Below are positions 1 to 9,478 of a DNA stretch of 64,000 bases, piece by piece. The DNA comes from Dehalococcoidia bacterium (GTDB lineage: Bacteria > Chloroflexota > Dehalococcoidia > UBA2979). Both the position numbers and the translations under genes were made by a program. Positions within the stretch are counted from its first letter, which is position 1. Every line of letters begins with the position of its first letter. Under the pieces are notes generated by a model, which made no database searches, was not told where the DNA came from, and saw only the letters and a list, made by a program, of their open reading frames with translations. The DNA lies in NCBI GenBank assembly GCA_965262725.1, contig OZ253555.1, forward strand, positions 64,001-128,000. Direction: 5' to 3'.

Positions 1-472
1 GCCCAAGAAGCCACGAACGTTTGCGATACTGCCGGACCTTCTCACGATTCGTCGCCCTGGCCCCGAGCGCGACGGCGGCGTCCCGCGGCTCGCGCATGGG
101 TTCGCGCCAGATCGCCCGGACCGCTTCCCCCTGGACCATCGCTTGTGCCAGCACCCCCTGCCCTGCCTCGTTGAGCACGTGGCGCGGCTCGCCGCCGATC
201 TGCCGGACAACATCATTCTTGACAGTGAGCAGAGACAGCCAACTCCGAAGCCACGCCTCGTCGCCTGCCAGGGCATGATGCTGTGCGGCAAGAAAGGCGG
301 CAGCATCCAATACGTCCGACTCCTCCGCCACACGGGAGGTGTAGTGAACGAGGAGCTCCCGCCACGCATCGGTGCGCGACAGCAGCGTCGAGATCAGTTC
401 GACGAGCTCGTCAACGCTGAAGTCCCTCTCCAAGTCCTGGAGTCGCTCATCGAGAGTAGGCCGGCTGGTCAT
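1..472 (-). CDS. Partial CDS (runs off window), probable Xre/MbcA/ParS-type antitoxin
   Basis: Not in the ORF track. Hand translation MTSRPTLDERL...AAVALGARATNREKVRQYRKRSWLLG is open to base 1, with an AGGAG RBS upstream. The end resembles the HTH of antitoxins partnered with RES toxins. Confidence 0.55.
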   Translation of the reverse strand, partial: MTSRPTLDERLQDLERDFSVDELVELISTLLSRTDAWRELLVHYTSRVAEESDVLDAAAFLAAQHHALAGDEAWLRSWLSLLTVKNDVVRQIGGEPRHVLNEAGQGVLAQAMVQGEAVRAIWREPMREPRDAAVALGARATNREKVRQYRKRSWLLG

Positions 473-556
473 CACCTTGTTCTCCTGACAGTGGTCCTCC
501 TATCCTACCACCGTCAGGGACGTCAACGCCGTCTCGGCTTGAGCTGCAGCCCCAGG

Positions 557-752
557 CCCGTCGTGCTGCTTTGCGACAGCGGCGCCGGGAAGTCGCACCG
601 CCAATCGGACTCGGCATGGCCGCCTGCCAGCGCGGCTTGCGGGTGCGCTACACGACGGCGGTCGCGCTCGTGAACGAACTGGTCGAGGCCTCGACGAGCA
701 CCTGCTCTCCGCGCCTTGTCGCCCGCTACGGCCGGCTCGACCTGCTCTGCCT
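557..752 (+). pseudogene. istB: IS21-family IstB helper ATPase remnant
   Basis: PVVLLCDSGAGKSH (Walker A), then frameshift to IGLGMAACQRGLRVRYTTAVALVNELVEA, then LVARYGRLDLLCL. Confidence 0.8.
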
Positions 753-989
753 CGCAAGCCGCAGGTGGTGGTTCGAGAGAGCCGCGCGGGACATGGTTGT
801 CGTCGTCAGCAGCTACGTCGGCGCGATGGGCGGCACGGTGAACACGTCGCGAAGTTCCCCGACCGCCCGTCCATAGTGCTGGCCGGGATCGCGGCCCTGG
901 ACGAGGAATAGGGCGAGCCGGGTGAGCGCGGGCAGCGCGTCACCACAGCTGCGCGTGGCGGAGGTGGCCCGCTCGTGGCTGGTGGTGCG

Positions 990-1344
990 TCAGCCTTGTC
1001 CCTCGGCTTCAGCTAGCAGCGCCCGCAGTTGCGGGATCAGCGTGGGAATGTCGCCGCTGACGATCTCCCAGACGATCTGATCGCGGATGCTGCCGTAGCC
1101 GTGAACGATGCGGTGACGCGTCCCCGTGATGTCGGCCCAGGGAATCTCTGGGTGGGCCTGCTGCACGGCGTCCGGGATGTTGTTGGCCGTCTCCCCGAGC
1201 ACCGTGATGTTCCAGAGCGCGGCATCGTAGAGAACCCGCGCACCGACAAGCTCGTCGCGGCCGAGGCCGGCCGTGTAGTCCTCAGATCCGCGCGCAGCAA
1301 TCGAGCATGTCCCGGACGTAGACGTCCCAGCGCCCCTCAGACAT
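990..1344 (-). pseudogene. hepT: HepT-like (DUF86) HEPN RNase toxin, frameshifted near 1283
   Basis: MSEGRWDVYVRDMLDCCARI* continues in another frame as EDYTAGL...IPWADITGTRHRIVHGY (RX4H). One extra base (ATC-T-GAG-GAC) explains the shift. Confidence 0.8.
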
Positions 1345-1642
1345 ACACGGCGTCTGCCTCGATGTAGGGACGTAGTTCGCCTCGCACCTCGGTCTCGACC
1401 ACGAGGTCGATAGGGCGGCCGAACAGGCCCTCCAGGTAGCGCAGGGCTTCGCCGTAGCCGCTCCAGCCGCGCGCCCGCGGCAGCGTGATGAGGATGTCGA
1501 TGTCGCTGTTGGGCCGGGCCTCGTCGCGGGCGGTGGAGCCAAAGAGCGCCAGTGCGCCGACGCCGAAGCGCTCGGCGAGTACGGGCTTGTGCTCGCGCAG
1601 CAGCGCCAGCACTTCGACTTTGCTCATCGCCTGCTCGACCAT
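1337..1642 (-). CDS. MNT-family nucleotidyltransferase antitoxin
   Basis: FGSTARDEARPNSDIDIL (GSX10DXD); overlaps the HepT start. Confidence 0.9.
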   Translation of the reverse strand: MVEQAMSKVEVLALLREHKPVLAERFGVGALALFGSTARDEARPNSDIDILITLPRARGWSGYGEALRYLEGLFGRPIDLVVETEVRGELRPYIEADAVYV

Positions 1643-1980
1643 CCCGGTTCTCCGGCGCCCGATCTTCCGCTGGCTCTATCCAGCCACGGCCGCAGCTGCG
1701 GGCGTAGTCGAGGAAACCCCTCGTGAGGCGCTGGTGCAGCGCGTCGGCGCCGGCCACGGCGGCCGGAACGTTATCGACGGCGAGGTAGCGGGCACGCTCT
1801 CGCAGAAGGCCCAGGCCTCCTCCACCTGAGCGCCTACTTCGAGTCGACGAGGGACGCCTACTACGCTCACCTGCTGGCACTGACGGAGCGGGGGGAATGG
1901 GCGGCTCGGCGGCGTCCCTTAGCGTTGACAGCCCGAGCAGCGCGAGAGGATTATGGCAAGAGATTGAGGGCGGTCTGACC

Positions 1981-2208
1981 ATGGATTGGCGTGAGCACAT
2001 CACTGTCGACCCGAACGTCTGCCATGGGCAGGCTTGCATCGCCGGTACCCGTGTGATGGTCACCGTCATTCTCGACAACCTCGCCGCGGGATTGGCGCCC
2101 GCGGAGATTGCCGAGAGCTACCCGTCCGTGTCTGCCGATGCAGTCAAGGCGGTCCTCCAGTACGCCGCCGAGTTGGCCAGGGAGCGGATTGTGCCGCTGG
2201 GCGCATAG
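1981..2208 (+). CDS. DUF433-family antitoxin
   Basis: MDWREHITVDPNVCHGQACIAGTRVMVTVILDNLAAG...YP; GAGGG RBS; TTGACA at 1925. Confidence 0.9.
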   Translation: MDWREHITVDPNVCHGQACIAGTRVMVTVILDNLAAGLAPAEIAESYPSVSADAVKAVLQYAAELARERIVPLGA

Positions 2209-2217
2209 CGACACTCC

Positions 2218-2500
2218 ATGCGGGTCAAGCTCGACGAGAACCTGCCGATTCAACTCAAGCACCTGTTCACGGAATCCGGCCACGACGCGGCTACGGTCGT
2301 CGACGAGGGCCTAGGCGGCGCGCTGGATGAGGCGATAGCATCGGCCTGCATCACCGAGGAGCGGGTGCTCGTCACCTAGGACCTGGACTTCTCCGATATA
2401 CGGACGTACCCGCCGGGCGAGTATGCCGGCATCATCGTGTTCCGGCTGCCCAGCGCGGCGCGGGATGCTCTCCTTGAGGTGAGCGCCATCCACCCCTCCA
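2218..2500 (+). pseudogene. DUF5615 PIN-like toxin with an in-frame TAG (2377-2379) and eroded C-terminus
   Basis: MRVKLDENLP...GHDAATVVDEGLGG...RVLVT*DLDFSDIRTYPP...GIIVFRL. Confidence 0.85.
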
Positions 2501-2560
2501 GAACGGGGCCGATGGCGAGCCGATTACGTTTGCGGACAGGGGTCTGGCTTCGCGTCCGCC

Positions 2561-2589
2561 TTGCGACGCCGCCCGCCCGCCGCCATCCT
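2561..2589 (+). promoter_or_regulatory. Candidate sigma70 promoter for the tRNA
   Basis: TTGCGA-N17-CATCCT, 20 bp upstream of the tRNA. Confidence 0.4.
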
Positions 2590-2609
2590 GAAATCTCGGC
2601 CTCGCGCGC

Positions 2610-2685
2610 GCGCCGGTAGCTCAGGGGACAGAGCATCAGTCTTCGGAACTGAGGGTCGAGGGTTCGAATCCTTCCCGGCGCGCCA
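2610..2685 (+). tRNA. tRNA-Arg (anticodon TCG)
   Basis: 76 nt. Acceptor GCGCCGG/CCGGCGC, D arm GCTC/GAGC, anticodon stem TCAGT/ACTGA with loop CTTCGGA, T arm GAGGG-TTCGAAT-CCTTC, encoded CCA. Confidence 0.97.
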
Positions 2686-3210
2686 CTCACTCGTGCCCGC
2701 GTTGTTACGGTAGCCTTCCGTGCGACTGTGAGTAGCCACAAGAGCTTCGTCGCGGCGAGTCGTCATTCTCTAGCGGGGCCTCTTCGAGTCGCTCCGCAGA
2801 GCGCTCGGGATGCACGGGCCCCGTGCTCAGGCGAGTCGCCGCTTTGCCACGGGCGCGTTACCGAGGCCAATCCCGCACCTGAGTCGCCTACTGCGATGCG
2901 CTCCGCCGCCCGGCGTTCGTGCCTCGGGGTGGTTACGCCACGTGGGCGATGCGTACGGGCACTGTCGCGCGGTGCCTCGTGCTGCAGCACCTTCTGGCCC
3001 GACTTGCCGCGACATTGAACCGTCGCTGCGCCGTCGCGTCGGTCAGAGACTTACTCATCACCAGAGTAGGCACTATATCTGATCCAGCGAAGCGCGAGAA
3101 CGAAGTGGCAGAACAGTAGGGCGCCTCGTGTTGCCACCGGAGGCCGACCGTAGGTAACCTTCCGACGCCTTGACGAGCCGATCTGGCGACTTGGTGGACG
3201 GGGCGCGCCG

Positions 3211-3984
3211 ATGTCGATTTGGCTGGTCGAGCAGCTACGGCTGACGGTCTTCCCTGCTGTGCCGGTAGCACCACTCGCCGAAGAGTGGTGGACGTCGGTA
3301 GTTGGGCTGCCGCCCGACGAGTACCGGGCACGTCCGTCCCAGGGGACCTCCACCGCCACCGGCCCACTGGTTCACGATAGCCTCGCGTCGGCACTACTTG
3401 AACTGAATCTAGCACCAGGTCGTATAGACTGGTTACTGCAGTCTAATGGCGACCTAGACAACAAGGGGATGGAGGGACTCCCAACGATCGGAGGTGTCGC
3501 TGATGTGCTCCCCCTATTCACGGCGAGAATCGGCCCGTGGTTGTTTGAGATCGGCGACCCGCTGCAGCGAATAGCGCTCGGTGCTGTCGTCCATCAGCCT
3601 GTTGAGAGTCGGCGCGTGGGCTATGAGGTCCTGGTACCGTTGATCCCGAGCGTGACGCTCGAACCTGATGCTGTGTCCGACCTGATCTTCCAGATCAACA
3701 GACCTCGGCCGTCACTGACATACCCGGATATCGTGCTTAATCGCATGGGCCATTGGAGCGTGACGCGATGGCAGTTGATTCAAACGTCGATATCGATTCC
3801 TTCGGGCGGCGCACAAGTCCAAGAAAACAGTCACGGTTTCTCTGTACGCTTACAGTCCGAGATTAACACTGCTGTACCGCTTCCGGACGGGATCGAACAA
3901 CTAGACTCGAGTCTCATTGCGGACCTTCTTTCTGAACTACAGAGTGGGCTTGACCGAACAATACAGCACGGAGATATCGCGTGA
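3211..3984 (+). CDS. Hypothetical protein, TIGR04255-like; gene 1 of a coupled triad
   Basis: 257 aa ORF with LAPGRIDW, RIALG and INT segments reminiscent of TIGR04255-like proteins; GTGA overlap with the next gene. Confidence 0.6.
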   Translation: MSIWLVEQLRLTVFPAVPVAPLAEEWWTSVVGLPPDEYRARPSQGTSTATGPLVHDSLASALLELNLAPGRIDWLLQSNGDLDNKGMEGLPTIGGVADVLPLFTARIGPWLFEIGDPLQRIALGAVVHQPVESRRVGYEVLVPLIPSVTLEPDAVSDLIFQINRPRPSLTYPDIVLNRMGHWSVTRWQLIQTSISIPSGGAQVQENSHGFSVRLQSEINTAVPLPDGIEQLDSSLIADLLSELQSGLDRTIQHGDIA

Positions 3985-4667
3985 GCAATCAAATTGACAC
4001 GGCGACCATCGCAATGGATGGCGATCGTCAGGGGTCTGACTACGCCATTCGGCGTAAGTGCTACCTGCGCAATGATACTGATTGGTCGTGCACTGACGTG
4101 GTCGTTTTGGCTGCCGAAGCAGATGCATCATTCGTCGCTCAAATCGTATCCGCTACTAGTATCCTGCGCGGACCATTACAGGCTTCGCCGCAGAGGACTT
4201 TTATCTCACACGGGGACGATTATCAACCGCTTATGTTCACTGCGATTGAGGCCTTCTCGGCCCCGACCCATCCTGGTGATGTCTCTGATGTTTCTTGGAC
4301 CACGCCGACCGCACTTCAGCATGCCTTGAGTACTTCGTTCCTTAAGCGATTGGAAGACATCAGCCGCCTGCGCGATGGTTGGGTCGATGACGGCATTGCG
4401 ATTGGCGGAGATGTCCTCTCACGTGCCCAGATGCTCGCAAGAGAGACGGCCCAAATCGGTGGCGAACCGGACCTCATCCCCGCGCTTGATGGGGCAGTCC
4501 AACTCATCTGGTACTTTGGTCCGACCCATTATTTCACGCTGTATGTCGACGCAGATGGCGAGTGGCGACCGGGTGCGCTCCGTCGCGGAGCGAACTTCAG
4601 CAGCGTTCTGGCCGAGAGCCTCTCACAGATCAGGGCCGTGCTCCGTGAGGGAAGGGACGGTGAGTGA
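3981..4667 (+). CDS. Hypothetical protein (putative antitoxin); gene 2 of the triad
   Basis: 228 aa. C-terminal LKRLEDISRLRDGWVDDG...PDLIPALDGAVQLIW domain preceded by a ~110 aa extension. Confidence 0.65.
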   Translation: MSNQIDTATIAMDGDRQGSDYAIRRKCYLRNDTDWSCTDVVVLAAEADASFVAQIVSATSILRGPLQASPQRTFISHGDDYQPLMFTAIEAFSAPTHPGDVSDVSWTTPTALQHALSTSFLKRLEDISRLRDGWVDDGIAIGGDVLSRAQMLARETAQIGGEPDLIPALDGAVQLIWYFGPTHYFTLYVDADGEWRPGALRRGANFSSVLAESLSQIRAVLREGRDGE

Positions 4668-5076
4668 TGCGATTGCGCCGCATGAGCACGTCGTCCGCTT
4701 CTTCCACCGGCACTGCGTGAGCAGGGGGCGTTTGCGTGGCAGTGTAGTCAGACGAACGCCATACACCGAGCCCAAGTCAGTATTCGTCGTTGAGCGAGCG
4801 CCCGGTGGTACGGCGACCGAGCTACTCGCGACAAAACCGAGTCACGGCTGGATCAGGTGGCGAGTCGATGCGCTTCGTTCGAAGCCCCTCAATTCCGAGC
4901 CGAGGTTCGACGTGAAGTGGAATCCGGAAGGGGCTGTGGGACCCTTTGCTAACTTTCGCGACTCCCACGCGCTCCTAGTCGGCCCCGTATCTGACGCGGC
5001 GGCTGTGGAGGAACTAGTCGCATTAGCCGTTCATGAGAATGCTGGCCTTTTTGTGGATCCTTCTGACCACGACTGA
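4660..5076 (+). CDS. Hypothetical protein (putative ART/RES-like toxin); gene 3 of the triad
   Basis: GTG at 4660 overlaps the previous stop; 138 aa; HEHVVRF...KSVF...FDVKWNP...SHALL pattern. Confidence 0.6.
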   Translation: MSDAIAPHEHVVRFFHRHCVSRGRLRGSVVRRTPYTEPKSVFVVERAPGGTATELLATKPSHGWIRWRVDALRSKPLNSEPRFDVKWNPEGAVGPFANFRDSHALLVGPVSDAAAVEELVALAVHENAGLFVDPSDHD

Positions 5077-5177
5077 TGCCGCTCGCCCAGCGGACCGATC
5101 GTCTTCTCCGCTTGACGACGTCGAGCCTTCTCTGGTGGGTGGCGAGTTCCGTAGACCGGCCATCTCGAGATCGCGCC

Positions 5178-5557
5178 GGAGGAGGCCGCACGCAGTTGCC
5201 GGCAGCAGACGAATCGTCTCGGATGCATTGGCCCACCGAGTCGTCTCGTACTGAGCCTCGCGCTACGGAACCGTGTTCGGCAGGGATGGAGGCGCTGGGA
5301 CACCCCTTCGTGGGCCCGCAGGCGCCACACGGACGCAGGCCGATCCATGGCCGCGGGAGCTCCCGAGGGAGAGCAAGAACGTCCCGACGTACCACTCGAA
5401 CCGCCAGACGCCGGGCACGGCGACCCGCCAACTGGACTTCGTCTTCGCATCGAGAGAGCTGGCGGGGTCCGTGCAGGTACGGGCGCTCAACGAGCCGGAT
5501 CAGTGGGGCCCCAGCGACCACTGCCGCTTGGCGATCGGGATTTCGTAGCGAGGCGTG
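5178..5557 (+). pseudogene. Truncated, internally deleted copy of the EEP gene at 9479-10306
   Basis: Near-identical to 9840-10315 except that ~9910-10005, which includes the AGDLN motif, is missing. Confidence 0.9.
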
Positions 5558-5650
5558 CGCCCGGGCTCACCGCCTCCGCGGAATGCGAGTTCGCGTGGCC
5601 TCGGGGGCCCTGCGTTCGAGCAACCGGACCTGAGTCGACGGTTGGCAGCG

Positions 5651-5729
5651 CCTTCGCCTGTGCTGCCACCGTGCCTGAGCGTCAGTTTGGCTAACTGGGG
5701 TTGCCGTTCTAGTTCTCACCGGGTACTCA
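5651..5729 (+). repeat. Eroded tRNA-Arg 3'-half/att-like site
   Basis: TGCCACCGTGCCTGAGCG-TCAGT-TTGGCTA-ACTGG-GGTTGCCG-TTCTAGT...CCGG. Confidence 0.6.
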
Positions 5730-5773
5730 GGTATGTAGTCCCCCAAATATCCTCGGTGCCGGTCGGGCGCGGG

Positions 5774-7558
5774 TCAGGGGAGGAAGAGCTGCTGCCAGCG
5801 CGCCGAGCCCCGGCCCCAGCAGTCGACGGAGCCGTCCGGCCGAACGCCGCAGCTGTGGTCACGTCCCGAGCTGACCGAGACGAACGGCCCGGGCGGGGGT
5901 GTCGCCTCGCCGTAGTCGTCGAGGCCCCAGCAGATGACGGCGCGGTCGGTTGCCACCGCGCAGGTATGGTCCGCCCCCGAGCTGAGGGAGGTGAACGTTC
6001 CGCGTGGTGGTGTGGAGCGCCCGTGCCCGTCCCGGCCCCAGCAGGAGGCGGAGCCGTCCGGCCGGAGGCCGCACGCGTGGCTCCAGCCGGCGCTGACGGA
6101 GGCGAACGTCCCGAGTGGGGGCACGGTCTCGCCGTCGGTGTCCTCGCCCCAGCACGCGAGGGAGCCCACGGCCGTCACCCCGCAGTAGTAGCGCGGTCCG
6201 GCGCTGAGGGAGAGGAACGTCTCCTCCGGTGGCTCGGCCGAGCCACCCCCCTCCGAGCCCCAGCAGACGAGCGTGCCGCCCGGCCGGAGGCCGCAGGTCG
6301 AGAACCACCCGGTGCTGACGGAGGAGAAACTTCCTGCGGGCGGCGTGGCCCTGCCGAACTGGTCGTTGCCCCAGCAGGAGGCGGAGCCGTCTCGCCTGAT
6401 GCCGCAGCTGTGGTACCTCCCGGAGCTGACGGAGCGGAACGTCCCGTCGGGTGGTATCGCCTGCGGGGAGCTGCCCGAGCCCCAGCAGGTGAGCGATCCG
6501 CCCTTCCGCACGCCGCAGGTGTGCTCCGTGCTCGCGCTGACGGAGGCGAACGCTCCGTCCGGCGGCGAGGCGCGCCCGCCGCCGTCGTGGCCCCAGCACA
6601 CGAGGGCGCCGCCCGGTCTGACGCCGCAGCTGTGTAGGACGCCCGCGCTGACGGAGGCGAACCTCCCCGCAGGTGGTGTGGACTGACCATCCTCGGTGTT
6701 GAAGCCCCAGCACTCCACCTCGCCGCCTGGCCGGACGCCGCAACTGTGGAGGTGCCCGGCGGTCACGGAGGCGAACGCCCCGGGGGGGACGTCGATGAGC
6801 GGGTCCCACCCCCAGCAGTCGACGGCGCCACCCGGCCGGACGCCGCAGCTGTGGAGGACGCCCGCGCTGACGGAGACGAACCTCCCGTCGGGCGGGGTGG
6901 ACTGGTGGTTCTCGTCCGATCCCCAGCAGGTGATCCAGCCGTCGGCGGCCACCGCGCACGTGTGGCCGGTCCCCGCGCTGAGGGAGAGGAACCGTCCCGC
7001 GGGCGGCGTCGACCGCGTGGTTCCATCGAGAGCCCAGCAGTCGACGGAGCCATCCGGCCGGAGGCCGCACGTGTGCGCCCCCCCGGCGCTGACGGCGGTG
7101 AATCTCCCGGGAGGCGGCGTCGCCCGCCCGCCACCGCCGTCGCCCCAGCAGGTGGCGGTGCCGTCTGTCCTCACCCCGCAGGTGTGTGCCGTCCCGGCGC
7201 TGACGGAGGTGAACGTCCCCGGAGGTGGCGTGGCCCGGCCGCTCTCGTCGCTCCCCCAGCAGAGAACGGAGCCGCCGGTCGTCACGGCGCACGTGTGGCG
7301 GGTGCTGGCGCTGACGGAGGCGAACGATGCCGGGGGGTCGGTGGTTTCAACGGAGTGCGCCTCCTCCGCGCCGCCGGGGCTCGGGGTGGGGTTCGGCGGA
7401 TCACCGGCCCGGCCGGGTGTTCCGTGTTCCCCGGGAGTGCTGGCCGGTGCGTGCGGCAGAGAGCCCGGTTCGGGCGAACAGGCGGCCGCGAGCGCGAGCA
7501 CCGTCACGAGGGCGAGCGGGCCGGCCCATCGCCGGCGCTGGGGGCGATCGGATGCCAT
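5774..7558 (-). CDS. RCC1-like repeat lipoprotein
   Basis: Lipobox LAAAC, Pro-rich linker, 14 tandem FxSVSAGxxHxCGxRxDGxxxCWG repeats. Confidence 0.92.
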   Translation of the reverse strand: MASDRPQRRRWAGPLALVTVLALAAACSPEPGSLPHAPASTPGEHGTPGRAGDPPNPTPSPGGAEEAHSVETTDPPASFASVSASTRHTCAVTTGGSVLCWGSDESGRATPPPGTFTSVSAGTAHTCGVRTDGTATCWGDGGGGRATPPPGRFTAVSAGGAHTCGLRPDGSVDCWALDGTTRSTPPAGRFLSLSAGTGHTCAVAADGWITCWGSDENHQSTPPDGRFVSVSAGVLHSCGVRPGGAVDCWGWDPLIDVPPGAFASVTAGHLHSCGVRPGGEVECWGFNTEDGQSTPPAGRFASVSAGVLHSCGVRPGGALVCWGHDGGGRASPPDGAFASVSASTEHTCGVRKGGSLTCWGSGSSPQAIPPDGTFRSVSSGRYHSCGIRRDGSASCWGNDQFGRATPPAGSFSSVSTGWFSTCGLRPGGTLVCWGSEGGGSAEPPEETFLSLSAGPRYYCGVTAVGSLACWGEDTDGETVPPLGTFASVSAGWSHACGLRPDGSASCWGRDGHGRSTPPRGTFTSLSSGADHTCAVATDRAVICWGLDDYGEATPPPGPFVSVSSGRDHSCGVRPDGSVDCWGRGSARWQQLFLP

Positions 7559-7992
7559 CGCGCCGTTACCTCTCCCGCCCGCGGGCGGCTCGATCGGGGT
7601 TCCGGCATCCGGACTCGGGGAGGCCGCGACTCACGGCCGCGGCACTCTAGCAGGTGGACGGGCCTCCTGCGTCCGGGCAGGCTCGGGATCCGCACCGGTA
7701 CGGATCCGGGAACGATTCCGCGTGCGTTGCAGGCGAGGCCGGGAGCGTGGCCTCCCCTCGGTGCGGTTCAGGGCCTAGGACGGCCCTTGGTCCCTCCGTT
7801 GAGGCGCTCGTCCGTACAGACAAGTCGCTCCTCGCGGGACTCATACGCGGCGGATCGGTTCGGATTGGGGAGGCGTGCGGAGACGCCCAGCCAGCGCCGT
7901 GTGCGTATGACAGTCTGAAGTCCTACGCCTGCAAGGTGGAGGCGCTGCTCGCGAGGGTTGCAGCATGCGGGCTGCAGGACGACGTCCTCAAG

Positions 7993-8388
7993 CTAGTTCA
8001 TCGTCACCTTGTCCGGCGTGATCTTGAGGATGACGCGCTTGTCGGCGTCGAGCTGCGCGGCGAGGGCGGCGTCATCGGCATTGGACTCCCTGCCGTGGGC
8101 GGCTCGAATTCTGCGGGTGGCCCCAACGCGTACCGGGTCGTCGCCAATGCGCTCAGCGGTGCCATAGAGCACGAGCTGCTGCGGGCCTTCGTTGACAACC
8201 ATCGCGACTTTCGGCTGGCGACCCACGTTGTGCCACTTGGCCCGGTCCGCCGTGACCGACATGAATACGTGGGAGCCGTCGAAGATGTAGGACATCGTGG
8301 AAACCTGCGGGGAGCCGTCGCGACGGCCGGTAGCGAGGACGGCGTGGAGGTGGTCCCGGAGGAACTGCTCTTGCTCGGGGGTCATCAA
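7993..8388 (-). CDS. PPOX-class F420-dependent oxidoreductase
   Basis: AVLATGRRDGSPQVS...RAKWHNVGRQPKV...RVILKITP; GAGG RBS. Confidence 0.88.
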   Translation of the reverse strand: MMTPEQEQFLRDHLHAVLATGRRDGSPQVSTMSYIFDGSHVFMSVTADRAKWHNVGRQPKVAMVVNEGPQQLVLYGTAERIGDDPVRVGATRRIRAAHGRESNADDAALAAQLDADKRVILKITPDKVTMN

Positions 8389-8652
8389 TCGCCTCGTTGG
8401 GTTGAGTGTTGAGAGTCTACCGCCGAACCCAGCGCCATGCCCGCTCGCACACGGGATCGGGGGTGGCCCGGCCCGAGCGATCGCAGGGGCCGGTTCCCGG
8501 CAGGCCCGTCCGGTCGGGACTCACCAATCCCAGATGCCACCCGGCCGACACCGTCGCTCAGTTGGCCAAGCTGGCGCTCGGGCCCTGCAACGATTCGGTC
8601 CCTTGTCTGGCCTCGTAGGATTAGCGCCGAAGTTGGAAAGGGCGTCGGCGCA

Positions 8653-9174
8653 ATGCCCAACGGCGGCTCGGATTGCTGCGGGACCTGCTGGTTCAACCGT
8701 GCGAACGGCGGCGAGCCGGGCAGTGCGAATCACAATCACGAGATCCCGAGCTACTGTGAGATTCGCGAACTCGAGATTCCGAACCCGTTCTACACCTACT
8801 GCGCCAACCATCCGTATCACCGCCCGCAGCGCGATCACATCCCGATCGGGCCGGTGACCGTGCATGAGGGCGAGAGTGTCGAGAGTGAGCCGGGCCACCA
8901 CGAGATCCGTTCGTGGCGCGAGCCGTGGCGGCAGTCCCCCGACACGGAGGTCATTCGCCGTCACCTCCTGTCGTTGCTGGAAGACCCGGTCGCCGCCATC
9001 GACGAGGGCTACCATTTCTTCACGAGTCCTGCACTCTGGGTCGCGCTCGATCAGTTGATCGAGTTCCGCGAGCAACGCGCCATCCCCATCCTCGAACGAG
9101 TGATCGGGGAGATGGCCATGTCCGGCGAGGATGCCTCGGAGTTGCGTCGTGTCGTGGAGCAGATCCGAGGGTGA
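8653..9174 (+). CDS. Cys-rich hypothetical protein (putative metal-binding domain plus helical C-terminus)
   Basis: MPNGGSDCCGTCWFN...YCEIR...YTYCANHP; GGAAAGG RBS. Confidence 0.8.
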   Translation: MPNGGSDCCGTCWFNRANGGEPGSANHNHEIPSYCEIRELEIPNPFYTYCANHPYHRPQRDHIPIGPVTVHEGESVESEPGHHEIRSWREPWRQSPDTEVIRRHLLSLLEDPVAAIDEGYHFFTSPALWVALDQLIEFREQRAIPILERVIGEMAMSGEDASELRRVVEQIRG

Positions 9175-9478
9175 TGCGTCAGTGAAGGAACGGATCAAGC
9201 CGCCACGCCGATCGAAGTGACCGTCGCGTCCCGATGGACTGCTGCCAGCCATCTCGGGATCGGGCCGTTCACCGGGCGCTACGGCGCAGCGGACGCACAG
9301 GGCGTGCTGGTGGCGGCGGCACGGCCGGAGCGCGGTTGAGGAATGCGTGGTCCGGCAGCGAGAGGTCAACGTCTCACTCAGCGTGGCACGATAGGACCTC
9401 GCTACCGCTGGAATCGCCGACCGAGGGCTTCGCTCCCGTTCTCAGGCCACGCCGAGCGCAGGAAGGCACATCCGCCCG

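Noticed and set aside
1645-1830. Coding-like fragment (VEEAWAF/RERARYLAVDNVP...LTRGFLDY)
   Set aside because: Probably a gene remnant, but I cannot assign a family.
2377-2379. In-frame TAG as pyrrolysine or recoding
   Set aside because: The gene is also 3'-eroded, TAG ends many genes here normally, and no pyl genes are present.
8530-8595. TCAGT-TGGCCAA-GCTGG as another att-like site
   Set aside because: The stem is partly present but there is no T-arm similarity; too weak without an HMM.
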